DNA from: Acholeplasmataceae bacterium
GTDB taxonomy: Bacteria; Bacillota_I; Bacilli_A; Acholeplasmatales; Acholeplasmataceae
Direction: 5' to 3'
Length of the DNA stretch: 64,000 nucleotides
Assembly: GCA_963675245.1 (NCBI GenBank)
Contig: OY775910.1
Span: 1,216,001 to 1,280,000 of the forward strand
The position numbers and the translations under genes were made by a program. Positions 33,757 to 42,927 of this stretch are shown piece after piece (positions within the stretch are counted from its first letter, which is position 1; each line of letters starts with the position of its first letter). A model generated the notes under the pieces. It had not been told where the DNA came from. It ran no database searches and saw only the letters and a list, made by a program, of their open reading frames with translations.

Positions 33757-34358
33757 GAGCGATTATTGTTACACATCCAACACCTAAAGATATTAAGAAG
33801 GTCTCAAAATTAACGAACGATGATTATATCATAGCTGTTGATCAAGCAGTCAAAGATGTCTTAGCTCAAAACCTTAAAATTGATTTAGCAATTGGTGATT
33901 TTGATTCACTTGATAATCTTGATTTATTAGTGGGTCTAGATGTGGTAAAACTCAATCCAAAAAAAGATGTAACAGATACTTTTCAAGCGCTTTATGAAGC
34001 CAAAAAAAGAGGATTTAAAACACTTCTTATAGTCGGTGGATTCGGGGGAGATAGAATAGAGCATTTTATCGCTCATTTGATGAATTTTAACGACTATGAG
34101 TCATTAGTTATGAAAGATGATAACTCGACAATCTATATAAAAAAAGAAGGGACTTATACCCTTGACTTTAGTGGTTATATATCACTATTTGCATATCCTG
34201 AAGCGACCATTTCCCTCACGGGATTTAAATATCCATTAGAAGCGTACCAGCTAACACAATTTGATCCACTTGGTATTAGTAATGAACTCGTTCATCAAAC
34301 CGGGACATTGACTGTTCATCATGGTGCGGTTTTAATCGTTGAATCAATAAAAAAATAA
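33753..34358 (+). CDS. thiN: Thiamine diphosphokinase
   Basis: IGDFDS, KDVTD, GGDRIEH, GFKYPL, GISN; canonical position after rpe. Confidence 0.88.
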   Translation: MRAIIVTHPTPKDIKKVSKLTNDDYIIAVDQAVKDVLAQNLKIDLAIGDFDSLDNLDLLVGLDVVKLNPKKDVTDTFQALYEAKKRGFKTLLIVGGFGGDRIEHFIAHLMNFNDYESLVMKDDNSTIYIKKEGTYTLDFSGYISLFAYPEATISLTGFKYPLEAYQLTQFDPLGISNELVHQTGTLTVHHGAVLIVESIKK

Positions 34359-34380
34359 AAGGCGATTTCGCCTTATATTT

Positions 34381-34569
34381 TTAAACGCGTTCTAAATTGT
34401 TTTTCTTTAAAGCTCTTGCAGAAACTTTAACACGTTTGATATTACCATGTTCGTCTCTAATTTTGATGGTTTGCAAGTTAGCCTTCCAAACACGACGATT
34501 CGCGTTTAAGGCATGACTACGACGGTTTCCTGTCATTGTCTTTTTACCTGTTACATAGCACTCTGCCAT
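34381..34569 (-). CDS. rpmB: 50S ribosomal protein L28
   Basis: GNRRSHALNANRR.WKANLQ, VSARALK; start ATG 34569. Confidence 0.93.
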   Translation of the reverse strand: MAECYVTGKKTMTGNRRSHALNANRRVWKANLQTIKIRDEHGNIKRVKVSARALKKNNLERV

Positions 34570-34865
34570 ATTAATCACTCCTTACATGCACTATCTACTT
34601 TAACATAACAACACCTTAAAAGCAACAACTTTTCTTTAGAAATAGACGTTAAAAATGAAAAATTTGGGAAAATGTGTGGAAAATAGTGTTTTTTATAGAT
34701 ATGGTATAATATAAATGCCTAATCCTAAGATATAAATAACATTGCATTTTCATAAATAGCTATGCTATACTGATTAGGTAGATAAATGTAAATTAAATGT
34801 AAGAACAATCATAGTAAAAAAATGAGAAGCTGGAAACGGCTTACTTGACATTGAGGAGGATCATT

Positions 34866-36515
34866 GTGTCCAATAAAACAGTCAGTGGATCTTTATTTAA
34901 AAAGATGGTAACTAACGGCGCTGTAAATCTTAAAAACAATCACAAAGAAATAGATCATTTAAACGTATTCCCTGTACCAGATGGTGATACCGGCACGAAC
35001 ATGCAGATGACCATGATGGCAGGCATTAAAGAAGTAAATAATTTAGACAGTCAATCCATTATTGATGTATCAAAAATTTTATCACGTGGCTTACTCATGG
35101 GTGCTCGAGGAAATTCAGGGGTTATTCTATCTCAGTTCTTTAGAGGCGTCTATTCAGAAATCGCGAAAATTGAAAATGGATCAGCAACGATTGAAGAATT
35201 TATTCAAGCGTTAGTTGGTGGTTACCAAATGGCATATCGTGCTGTGATGGATCCAGTCGAAGGCACCATTTTAACAGTTGTCCGCGAATCAGCGGAGAAA
35301 GTATTAGTTGAACGTAAAAATTTAAGTAGTGTAGAAGATGTATTAAAAATTTATTTAGAACAAGCAAAAGAAACATTGATTAAAACACCAGATTTATTAC
35401 CAGTATTAAAAGAAGCAGGCGTAGTCGATAGCGGCGGTGCTGGCTTCATTAAGATCATTGAAGGTATGATCATGGCATTAGAAGGCAATATGCTTACAGA
35501 AGCAGAAATCGCTGCTATGCCACAAGCAAGAGAGCATTTCCAAGGTGCTGAAGCACTTGGTCATGGTATTGATATCAAATTTGGCTATTGTACAGAATTT
35601 ATCGTGAAATTACATCATCCTGATAAGTTTGAAGATAAATTCATGAAAGACCCACTTAATAAAATGGGTGATTCACTCGTATTAGTCACAGATGATGACT
35701 TATTAAAGATTCACGTCCATACTAATCAACCTGGGGTTGCATTAACGTTAGCTCAAAAATATGGTGATTTACAAACCATTAAAATTGAAAACATGCGTTT
35801 ACAACATTCAACGATTATGGGTACTGAATCAGAACACAAAGTTGAAAAACCACAATCTAAATATAGCATTATTGCAGTCGCCTCCGGTGAAGGTGTTCAT
35901 GAAGCATTCAAAGAATTAGGCGTTGACTTAATCATTGATGGTGGTCAAACGATGAACCCATCAACTGAAGACTTTGTAAAGGCTGTTGAATCACTCAATT
36001 CAGAACACATTATCATCTTACCTAACAATAAGAATATCATTATGTCAGCTGAACAAACATTAGACCTTTGTGAAGAAAAATCAATTAGAGTCTTACGTAC
36101 GAAGTCTATTGCTCAAGGTTATGCATCACTGATGGCATTTGATCCAACCCAAGAACTAGATGATAATTATGAAGAAATGACAGAAACATACGAACGTATG
36201 CGTTATGGTGAAGTGACTTACGCTGTTCGTGATACTGAAATTAACGGTGTAAAGATTAAGAGCGGTGATTTCATTGGTATCACAAAAGGTGAAATTTTAG
36301 TTTCTGTGCCAGATCGTAGTGAAACAGTCCATCGTTTACTTGATGACATGGTCAATGAAGATCGTGAAATCGTCACATTCTTTTATGGCAAAGACATTGA
36401 TTCAGAAGAACTAGATTCAGTGGTAGCTTATGTGAAGAAATTAAATCCTGATATTGATGTTGATTTAATTGAAGGAAAACAAGAAGTATACTCATATATT
36501 ATTGCAGTAGAATAA
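34866..36515 (+). CDS. fakA: DAK2-domain fatty acid kinase subunit (YloV/FakA)
   Basis: LNVFPVPDGDTGTNM, GARGNSG, YCTEF, GGQTMNPS; GTG start after GAGGAGG. Confidence 0.9.
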   Translation: MSNKTVSGSLFKKMVTNGAVNLKNNHKEIDHLNVFPVPDGDTGTNMQMTMMAGIKEVNNLDSQSIIDVSKILSRGLLMGARGNSGVILSQFFRGVYSEIAKIENGSATIEEFIQALVGGYQMAYRAVMDPVEGTILTVVRESAEKVLVERKNLSSVEDVLKIYLEQAKETLIKTPDLLPVLKEAGVVDSGGAGFIKIIEGMIMALEGNMLTEAEIAAMPQAREHFQGAEALGHGIDIKFGYCTEFIVKLHHPDKFEDKFMKDPLNKMGDSLVLVTDDDLLKIHVHTNQPGVALTLAQKYGDLQTIKIENMRLQHSTIMGTESEHKVEKPQSKYSIIAVASGEGVHEAFKELGVDLIIDGGQTMNPSTEDFVKAVESLNSEHIIILPNNKNIIMSAEQTLDLCEEKSIRVLRTKSIAQGYASLMAFDPTQELDDNYEEMTETYERMRYGEVTYAVRDTEINGVKIKSGDFIGITKGEILVSVPDRSETVHRLLDDMVNEDREIVTFFYGKDIDSEELDSVVAYVKKLNPDIDVDLIEGKQEVYSYIIAVE

Positions 36516-36545
36516 TAAGAAGGCGCTATGCGCCTTTTTTTATGC

Positions 36546-37637
36546 TGATAAATTAGAATAACAAGTGCAACACTGTAAAAGAAAATAAAAAGGTTCATAG
36601 ATTCCTTTATAATGTAAGTGACCAAACAAACATAAAAGGAGAACCTATGAACTACACTCATCTTACCATAGAAGAAAGAACTTGTATATATCAGTTATGG
36701 CTGTCTGGCGTTAGCATGAGACAGATAAGCAAAGCAATCAAACGAAGTGTTAGCACAATCTCAAGAGAGTTAAAAAGGAATGACTGCGGCTATCGATATA
36801 AATACTTACCACACATTGCACAAAAGAGATATCAAAAGCGGCGAAAGAAATGTCATAGACCCATACGAATCAATCCTGAATTAAAAATATACATAGAAGA
36901 AAAGCTAGCTCAACAATGGTCACCAGAACAAATTGCTAAACGTGAAAAAGATCGACCTGAATACTGTCCATGTTACGCGACAATATATCGATGGATTCAC
37001 AAAAAACACCTAATTAAAGGCGATATGACGCAATTAAGACGTAAAGGAAAGTTCAAGAGACCCGCAGAAACAAGGGGACGATTCAATATTGGTAAAACAA
37101 TAAAAAAACGACCTAAAGAAGTTTACAAGAGAGAAACAATAGGTCATTGGGAAGCAGATACAGTTGAATCGGGAAGAGTTAATTTTCAGCGAAAAAGCAA
37201 ATATTGTTTCGTGACTTTAGCAGAACGCAAATCAAGGTTATACTTAGTTAAACTATTGCCAGATAGAACGAGTGAAAATGTGACAGCAGCTATCATAGAA
37301 TTATTATCACAATTCCCGCAAGAATTAGTAAAGACAATAACCTGTGATCGTGGTAAAGAATTTGCCAAATATAAAGAAATAGAAACACGATTAAGCTGTG
37401 ATATGTATTTCGCTGATCCATATTGTGCGTGGCAAAAAGGGACTAATGAGAATTCCAATGGATTATTAAGAGAATATTATCCAAAAGGAATGGATCTGTC
37501 GAAAACAAATGATGATGAAGTAACAAATGTACTAACACGCCTAAACAACAGACCTAGAAAATGCATAAACTTCAAAACACCATTAGAAGTAATCAATGAA
37601 TCTTATAACGCGTTGCACTTGAATTGACAAATTATCT
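36546..37637 (+). mobile_element. IS30 family insertion sequence (~1.09 kb)
   Basis: Imperfect IRs GATAAATTAGAATAACAAGTGCAAC / GTTGCACTTGAATTGACAAATTATC; flanking duplication GC (or TGCT if the ends are 1 bp shorter). Confidence 0.88.
36647..37627 (+). CDS. IS30 family transposase
   Basis: HLTIEER..STISRELKRN, WSPEQI, GHWEADTV, DRGKEF, WQKGTNENSNGLLREYYPKG. Confidence 0.95.
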   Translation: MNYTHLTIEERTCIYQLWLSGVSMRQISKAIKRSVSTISRELKRNDCGYRYKYLPHIAQKRYQKRRKKCHRPIRINPELKIYIEEKLAQQWSPEQIAKREKDRPEYCPCYATIYRWIHKKHLIKGDMTQLRRKGKFKRPAETRGRFNIGKTIKKRPKEVYKRETIGHWEADTVESGRVNFQRKSKYCFVTLAERKSRLYLVKLLPDRTSENVTAAIIELLSQFPQELVKTITCDRGKEFAKYKEIETRLSCDMYFADPYCAWQKGTNENSNGLLREYYPKGMDLSKTNDDEVTNVLTRLNNRPRKCINFKTPLEVINESYNALHLN

Positions 37638-37667
37638 GCTAAAATTTAATAAAAGGGAGTTGAGATC

Positions 37668-38540
37668 ATGAATATACTTGTTTTAGGTGGCGTTTCTTAT
37701 GATACCCTTATTCATTTGGATGAATTGCCAGAACCAGTAGCTAAAACCATATTTCCGAATCGTGTGATTAAAAGTATTGGTTCAACGGGTGCAGGAAAAG
37801 CTATACCGCTTGCCAAACTAGGGTTTGATGTCACTTTTCACGCGATGATTGGTGATGATCAAATTGGTAGAGACATTACACAAACATTAAATAAAGAAAA
37901 AATTCACTTCATATATGATATTGATCCAAAAGGCACAGAGACTCATACCAATCTTATGGCGAATGATGGTAAGAGAATCTCAATATTTACGAATCCCCTC
38001 ACATTTGAACCAACGATTGATGAAACAAAAATTAATGAAGCAATTGAAAAAGCAGATTTCGTTTTAATGAATATTAAGAACTATACAAGAAGATTCATCG
38101 ACAAAGTAAAAGCGTGTGATAAACCATTATGGATAGATATCCATGATTATGATGGTAGATCAGAATACCATCAGGATTATATTAAAGCTGCCGATATACT
38201 ATTTATGAGTAAAGATTTAATAGAAGATCCAACATCTTTTGTGAAAGACATGTTATTACAAGGAAAACAAGCTGTTGTCGTAACAGATGGACCAAATGGT
38301 ATCACGGGTTACTATTCGGATGACTTGATTCATATGCCCGCAATAAAGCCTTCAAAACAAGGCGATTTCAATGGTGCAGGTGATCATGTGGTGAGTGGTT
38401 ATCTATTTGGATTTGTTCATCAAATGAAGAGAAAAGACTGTTTGAAAGCAGGTGTCATTCTAGCAACGTCATGTATTGAAAGTGATACGTTATCAAATGA
38501 TGAAATCTCTATGAGTTGGCTAAAATCAAAGTTAGCATAA
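37668..38540 (+). CDS. PfkB/ribokinase family carbohydrate kinase
   Basis: GSTGAG..LAKLG, IGDD..G, VTDGPNG, DFNGAGD. Confidence 0.85.
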   Translation: MNILVLGGVSYDTLIHLDELPEPVAKTIFPNRVIKSIGSTGAGKAIPLAKLGFDVTFHAMIGDDQIGRDITQTLNKEKIHFIYDIDPKGTETHTNLMANDGKRISIFTNPLTFEPTIDETKINEAIEKADFVLMNIKNYTRRFIDKVKACDKPLWIDIHDYDGRSEYHQDYIKAADILFMSKDLIEDPTSFVKDMLLQGKQAVVVTDGPNGITGYYSDDLIHMPAIKPSKQGDFNGAGDHVVSGYLFGFVHQMKRKDCLKAGVILATSCIESDTLSNDEISMSWLKSKLA

Positions 38541-38611
38541 ACAAACAAATTTTTTTATAAAATACTACCATTATGTTTTCTTTTTTGATACAATAGAAAC
38601 GCACCAATGAT

Positions 38612-38700
38612 GCGGATGTGGTGGAATGGTAGACACGCAAGTTTGAGGGGCTTGTGAGCAAGTTACGCTCGTGTGAGTTCAAGTCTCATCGTCCGCACCA
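38612..38700 (+). tRNA. tRNA-Leu(GAG)
   Basis: Cloverleaf with long variable arm; anticodon arm CAAGT-TTGAGGG-GCTTG; encoded CCA. Confidence 0.93.
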
Positions 38701-38713
38701 TATAAGAAGCATA

Positions 38714-38745
38714 GGTCTGATACAATTAGGTATCAGGCTTTTTTT
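38714..38745 (+). terminator. tRNA-Leu terminator
   Basis: GGTCTGATAC-AATTAG-GTATCAGGCT followed by T-run. Confidence 0.75.
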
Positions 38746-38838
38746 GCTTTAATAAAAGCTTTTAAGTACTTTGATGATCTATTAGTATATCCTAAATCAA
38801 TCGAAATTTAGCGAGAAATTCAATAGAAGAATAACAAC

Positions 38839-38930
38839 TTACACGATTTTCTCAAAAATTATACGATTACAAGTCAGTTTACACGATTTGATTGAATTTC
38901 ACACGATTACTAATCTTAAATCAGCGATTA
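38839..38930 (+). repeat. Phased direct repeat array 1 (ACACGATT core, 20-bp period)
   Basis: Cores at 38841, 38861 (ATACGATT), 38881, 38901, degenerate copy at 38922. Confidence 0.85.
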
Positions 38931-39066
38931 CATACAAAGTAAATCATTATTTAACTAAAATAATAATGGCGTAAATACATAAAAGTTTATAAAACTAAAT
39001 ATAAAATATAAATATATTCATAAAACTAAATATTTATGTTATAATATATATAAGAGGTGATTTCCA

Positions 39067-39999
39067 ATGTCATTAATATATAAAGGATTATTTGAAGTGC
39101 TAAGTAAGAAAAATATTTCAATATCAGAAATGTCAAAAGACTTAAACATATCATCAGCAACTCAAGCTAAATTTAGAAAAGGCGAATATGTTTCACTTCA
39201 GACATTAGAATCTATCTGTAAATACTTATCGGTGAGTATCAATGATATCGTATCATTTCTGACTGTAGAAAACTCATCTATCTTATATCAAAGATTAAGA
39301 GAAGAAATGTCCCACAGAATTAAAGGAAGTATATATCATGAAACACAAATACTATTAACCTATAATTCAAACCATATTGAAGGAAGCCAACTATCACCTG
39401 ATCAGACTAGGTATATTTTTGAAACAAACACCATTGGATTAGGTAAAGATAATTCAATTAATGTTGATGATATTATAGAAACTCAAAATCATTTTAGGTG
39501 TATTGATTATATGATTAAATCTGCTTTAGAACCATTATCTGAAACGTTAATTAAGGATTTACATAGAATATTAAAGACAGGAACAAGTGATGCTAAGCTT
39601 GATTGGTTTAATGTTGGTGAGTATAAGCAAAGACCAAATACAGTAGGTGGTATAGAGACAACAAAACCTGTTAATGTTCAAAGCGAATTAATTTCCTTGA
39701 TAGGTAAATATGAAATAAAAAAAGACTATTCTTTTGAAGATATCATAGAATTCCATTATCAATTTGAATGTATACATCCATTTCAAGATGGTAATGGTAG
39801 AGTCGGAAGATTGATTGCTTTTAAAGAATGTTTACGTCACGGCTTTGTTCCTTTCACGATTGATGAAAGTATTAAACTGTTTTATTATAGAGGCTTAAAA
39901 GAGTGGAAAAGTGAAAAAGGATATCTTGTGGATACCTGTCTTTCTGGACAAGACAAATATAAGAGATTACTTGATATGTTCAATATAAGTTATGGGTAG
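39067..39999 (+). CDS. XRE/Cro-type HTH fused to Fic domain
   Basis: N-terminal HTH (ISEMSKDLNISSATQAKF..LESICKYL); SNHIEGS inhibitory motif; HPFQDGNGRVGR. Confidence 0.88.
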   Translation: MSLIYKGLFEVLSKKNISISEMSKDLNISSATQAKFRKGEYVSLQTLESICKYLSVSINDIVSFLTVENSSILYQRLREEMSHRIKGSIYHETQILLTYNSNHIEGSQLSPDQTRYIFETNTIGLGKDNSINVDDIIETQNHFRCIDYMIKSALEPLSETLIKDLHRILKTGTSDAKLDWFNVGEYKQRPNTVGGIETTKPVNVQSELISLIGKYEIKKDYSFEDIIEFHYQFECIHPFQDGNGRVGRLIAFKECLRHGFVPFTIDESIKLFYYRGLKEWKSEKGYLVDTCLSGQDKYKRLLDMFNISYG

Positions 40000-40011
40000 T
40001 GAGTGAATAAT

Positions 40012-40629
40012 ATGACAAAGGAAGAATACTTAGTTAATCCATGTGCGAAATTATCCATTCCATATTGGAAATACCTATTGTTTAAACAACCGCCAAATAT
40101 AGATGTATTTCATGAAAGTCACTATCGTGAAGACGATTTATATCATCATGTAGAGAAATATTTTAGGCTTATACACCATTTAGAAAAACCCTTGAAACCC
40201 CATCAATCAATTTCTGATATTAAGATTGCTCAAGACATGAAAGATTTAATATTGCAGATTAATCGTTCATATAGCAATGAAAGAATCACTGTGAATATTG
40301 AGGATGTTGAGCGTTGGATCAGTCATCCAACTTATGATAAGTCACTTTGGGTTAAAGTGGTTGTTGATGATTGTATGATTGCAAGTGGAATAGCGGAATA
40401 TGATGAGAATACAAAAGAAGGAATCATTGAGTGGGTGCAAGTTTCCCCTGAGTATCAACGCCAAGGATATGGAAAAATGATTGTTGAAGAATTATTGCAT
40501 AGATTATCAAAAAAGGCTGATTTTGTGACAGTATCAGGTAGACTATATAATGATACAAACCCAAAACTATTATACGAATCTTGCGGTTTTGAAGGTTCAA
40601 ACCTTTGGTATATATGCTATAAAAAATAA
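40012..40629 (+). CDS. GNAT family acetyltransferase
   Basis: VQVSPEYQRQGYGK acetyl-CoA motif, LYESCGF; start may be GTG 40003. Confidence 0.8.
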   Translation: MTKEEYLVNPCAKLSIPYWKYLLFKQPPNIDVFHESHYREDDLYHHVEKYFRLIHHLEKPLKPHQSISDIKIAQDMKDLILQINRSYSNERITVNIEDVERWISHPTYDKSLWVKVVVDDCMIASGIAEYDENTKEGIIEWVQVSPEYQRQGYGKMIVEELLHRLSKKADFVTVSGRLYNDTNPKLLYESCGFEGSNLWYICYKK

Positions 40630-40672
40630 CAGATTAAGCGTTGAATCTGCTTAGTGTTTTACAAACTTCTTT

Positions 40673-40724
40673 AGGGTGCGTAAAAATAAGTCAAGGGTGC
40701 GTAGATTTTTGATAGGGGTGCGCA
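40673..40724 (+). repeat. Phased direct repeat array (RGGGTGCGYA, 21-bp period)
   Basis: GGGTGCG at 40674, 40695, 40716 in AT-rich intergenic DNA. Confidence 0.8.
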
Positions 40725-40891
40725 ATTGTATTAAAATAGGTCATGCAACCCAAATTACCAGTCGGAGTACAGTTTTTAATTAATGTGCTCTTTTTTTGTC
40801 TTTGTTAAGCCACTCAGTATATTAGCATTTGTACTAAATCTCATTGAAAATCGATATAAGGTAACCGATTATGGTATACAATTAAGAATGC

Positions 40892-40942
40892 ATACACGAT
40901 TAAACCTAAAATTACACGATTATAAACACTTTAACACGATTA
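40892..40942 (+). repeat. Phased direct repeat array 2 (ACACGATT core, 20-bp period)
   Basis: ACACGATTA at 40894, 40914, 40934. Confidence 0.85.
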
Positions 40943-40966
40943 TATTAATTTTAGTAAGAAATCTTA

Positions 40967-41001
40967 TTGATAAACAACTGTATCTATCGTATAATTACAG
41001 T
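40967..41001 (+). promoter_or_regulatory. SigA promoter overlapped by YtrA-type operator
   Basis: TTGATA-N17-TATAAT (40967-40995) overlapped by ACTGTA-N13-TACAGT (40977-41001). Confidence 0.75.
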
Positions 41002-41017
41002 AGAACGAGGTGAAATC

Positions 41018-41392
41018 ATGAATATAATTGTTACTATGTTTTCAGATAAACCTATATATGAACAAATTAAAGAACAGATGAAAAAATCAATTATAAAAAA
41101 AGAAATTATAGCTGGATTTCAATTACCTAGTGTTCGATCCTTATCAAAGGATTTGCAAATTGGTATTGTAACGGTAAAGCGTGCATATGATGATTTAGTT
41201 CAAGAAGGGTACATTATTAGTCAAGCTGCAAAAGGGTATTATGTAATTGATATAGATGTTGATCGTGTTCTTCATGAATACAAACAGAGAATCAGCAATC
41301 ACATAAATGAAATTCTACGTCTAGTTGATGAGTCTAAGATGCCGAAATCTATTGTTGAAAAATTATGGAGTGAAAAAGGAGAAAGCAAATGA
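41018..41392 (+). CDS. GntR family regulator, YtrA subfamily
   Basis: PIYEQIKEQ...LPSVRSLSKDL...TVKRAYDDL; short C-terminus; precedes ABC genes. Confidence 0.88.
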   Translation: MNIIVTMFSDKPIYEQIKEQMKKSIIKKEIIAGFQLPSVRSLSKDLQIGIVTVKRAYDDLVQEGYIISQAAKGYYVIDIDVDRVLHEYKQRISNHINEILRLVDESKMPKSIVEKLWSEKGESK

Positions 41393-42216
41393 ACAGTATA
41401 GAAATTAGAAATATGAATGCTAAAGTTGGAGATTTCACACTTAATGATATAAATCTTTCTATTCCAAAAGGATCTATTACAGGACTTGTTGGAAAAAATG
41501 GTGCAGGAAAAACAACATTATTTAAAACACTAAATGGGACATATCTAAAGACATCAGGTGATATTCTTATCAATAGTCTGAAGTTTTCTGATTCTGAAAA
41601 AGAAATAAGAACTAATTTGGCAATTGTTTATGATGAGATAAATTATAATCCTTATGCTAAAGTAAAATTATTGAAAAAAATATATAGACAAAATCATCCA
41701 AAGTTTGATTCTGAATACTTTGATCTTTTGATAGATAGATTTGGAATAGATGTTAAGAAAAGATTAGTTAGTTTGTCCTTAGGCATGCAAAAAAAACTAA
41801 TGGTGATACTTGCTTTGTCGGTACGACCAACGATTTTATTACTGGATGAGCCGTTAATAGGGATTGATCCAATTGACAAGCAAGATTTAATAAAATTAAT
41901 TCAACAATATATGGAAGATGAAAACAATACAATTATCCTTTCTAGTCATCAAGTAGAAGATATCCAAAAAATTGCTGATTATATTATATTTCTAAATGAT
42001 GGTCAAATTATGCTATTTGAAGATAAAGAAATTTTACTAGATTCATTTAGAATAGTTCACACAAGTGACATTGATTATAACAATGATTTGTATATAAATC
42101 CAGTATTGGATTCTATGGGAATAAGTGGGTTAATTAGAACCGAAGATGTATCGAAAATTAAAGGAATAACCCAAAAAGCGTCGTTAGAGCAAATATTCAT
42201 TCATTTGTGTAAATAG
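41389..42216 (+). CDS. ABC transporter ATP-binding protein
   Basis: GKNGAGKTT, LSLGMQKK, LLLDEP, SSH. Confidence 0.9.
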   Translation: MNSIEIRNMNAKVGDFTLNDINLSIPKGSITGLVGKNGAGKTTLFKTLNGTYLKTSGDILINSLKFSDSEKEIRTNLAIVYDEINYNPYAKVKLLKKIYRQNHPKFDSEYFDLLIDRFGIDVKKRLVSLSLGMQKKLMVILALSVRPTILLLDEPLIGIDPIDKQDLIKLIQQYMEDENNTIILSSHQVEDIQKIADYIIFLNDGQIMLFEDKEILLDSFRIVHTSDIDYNNDLYINPVLDSMGISGLIRTEDVSKIKGITQKASLEQIFIHLCK

Positions 42217-42219
42217 GGA

Positions 42220-42927
42220 GTGTTTAAGATGAAAAAGTACTTAAGATTTTATAATATATTGAGATTGACAATACCAACAAGAGATGGCGTTTTATTTCTA
42301 CTTGTATTCAGTATTCTTAACATAATTATTTATGATAAGTTCATGACTCCAAAAGATGTTTTTACTGTAGGGATGGCTGTGATTTTTTTATGGACACTTT
42401 TTGTTTCTATATATTATTCATACTTAACTCATTCTAATCCAGCACATGCTGTTTATCAGTTTCCTATTACAGCAAAAGAGCGAGTTCGTAATCACTATAT
42501 CAGTCCTATATTTATGTCTGTAGCTGTTAGTTTAGCATTGGTTTTATTCGGCTATATAATAGCAGGATTGTTTGCTTTATTTGGAAACATGGAAAGTGCT
42601 ACTGAGACAGATCCTTTTTATCTCGAAGGAACAATTTTCTCAGTTGGTTATTTAATACTAGTATATTCTATATATATGCCCACATCATTCATGCTTGATA
42701 AGAAGAAAAACTTCATAGTAGGGATAATGGGTTTGGTGTTTTTAACTTTAATCAGTTATTCTGTAGTTTTATTGGTTACTGGGTCCTTTAGCTTATCATT
42801 AGGAATTCCTGTCATCCTGGCTAATTCATCAAGTGGTCTTTTAGTTTCTATAATTACACTTATTATAAGTTTTTTAGCAGCTTTCGGTTCTTATAAGTTT
42901 TCAGTAAAATTACTCAAATATGATTAG
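42220..42927 (+). CDS. ABC-2 type permease
   Basis: About six hydrophobic segments; follows ABC ATPase in a YtrA-like operon. Confidence 0.7.
   Translation: MFKMKKYLRFYNILRLTIPTRDGVLFLLVFSILNIIIYDKFMTPKDVFTVGMAVIFLWTLFVSIYYSYLTHSNPAHAVYQFPITAKERVRNHYISPIFMSVAVSLALVLFGYIIAGLFALFGNMESATETDPFYLEGTIFSVGYLILVYSIYMPTSFMLDKKKNFIVGIMGLVFLTLISYSVVLLVTGSFSLSLGIPVILANSSSGLLVSIITLIISFLAAFGSYKFSVKLLKYD

Noticed and set aside
40627..40654. TAAC-AGATT...AATCT-GCTTAG hairpin as integron attC
   Set aside because: Only ~28 bp, lacks a proper GTTRRRY end, and no intI is present
38839..40942. ACACGATT arrays as a CRISPR mini-array
   Set aside because: Repeats of 8-10 nt and linkers of 10-12 nt are far too short; no cas genes
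40783..41013. 76-aa ORF across repeat array 2
   Set aside because: No RBS; spans a terminator T-run, the repeats and the gntR promoter
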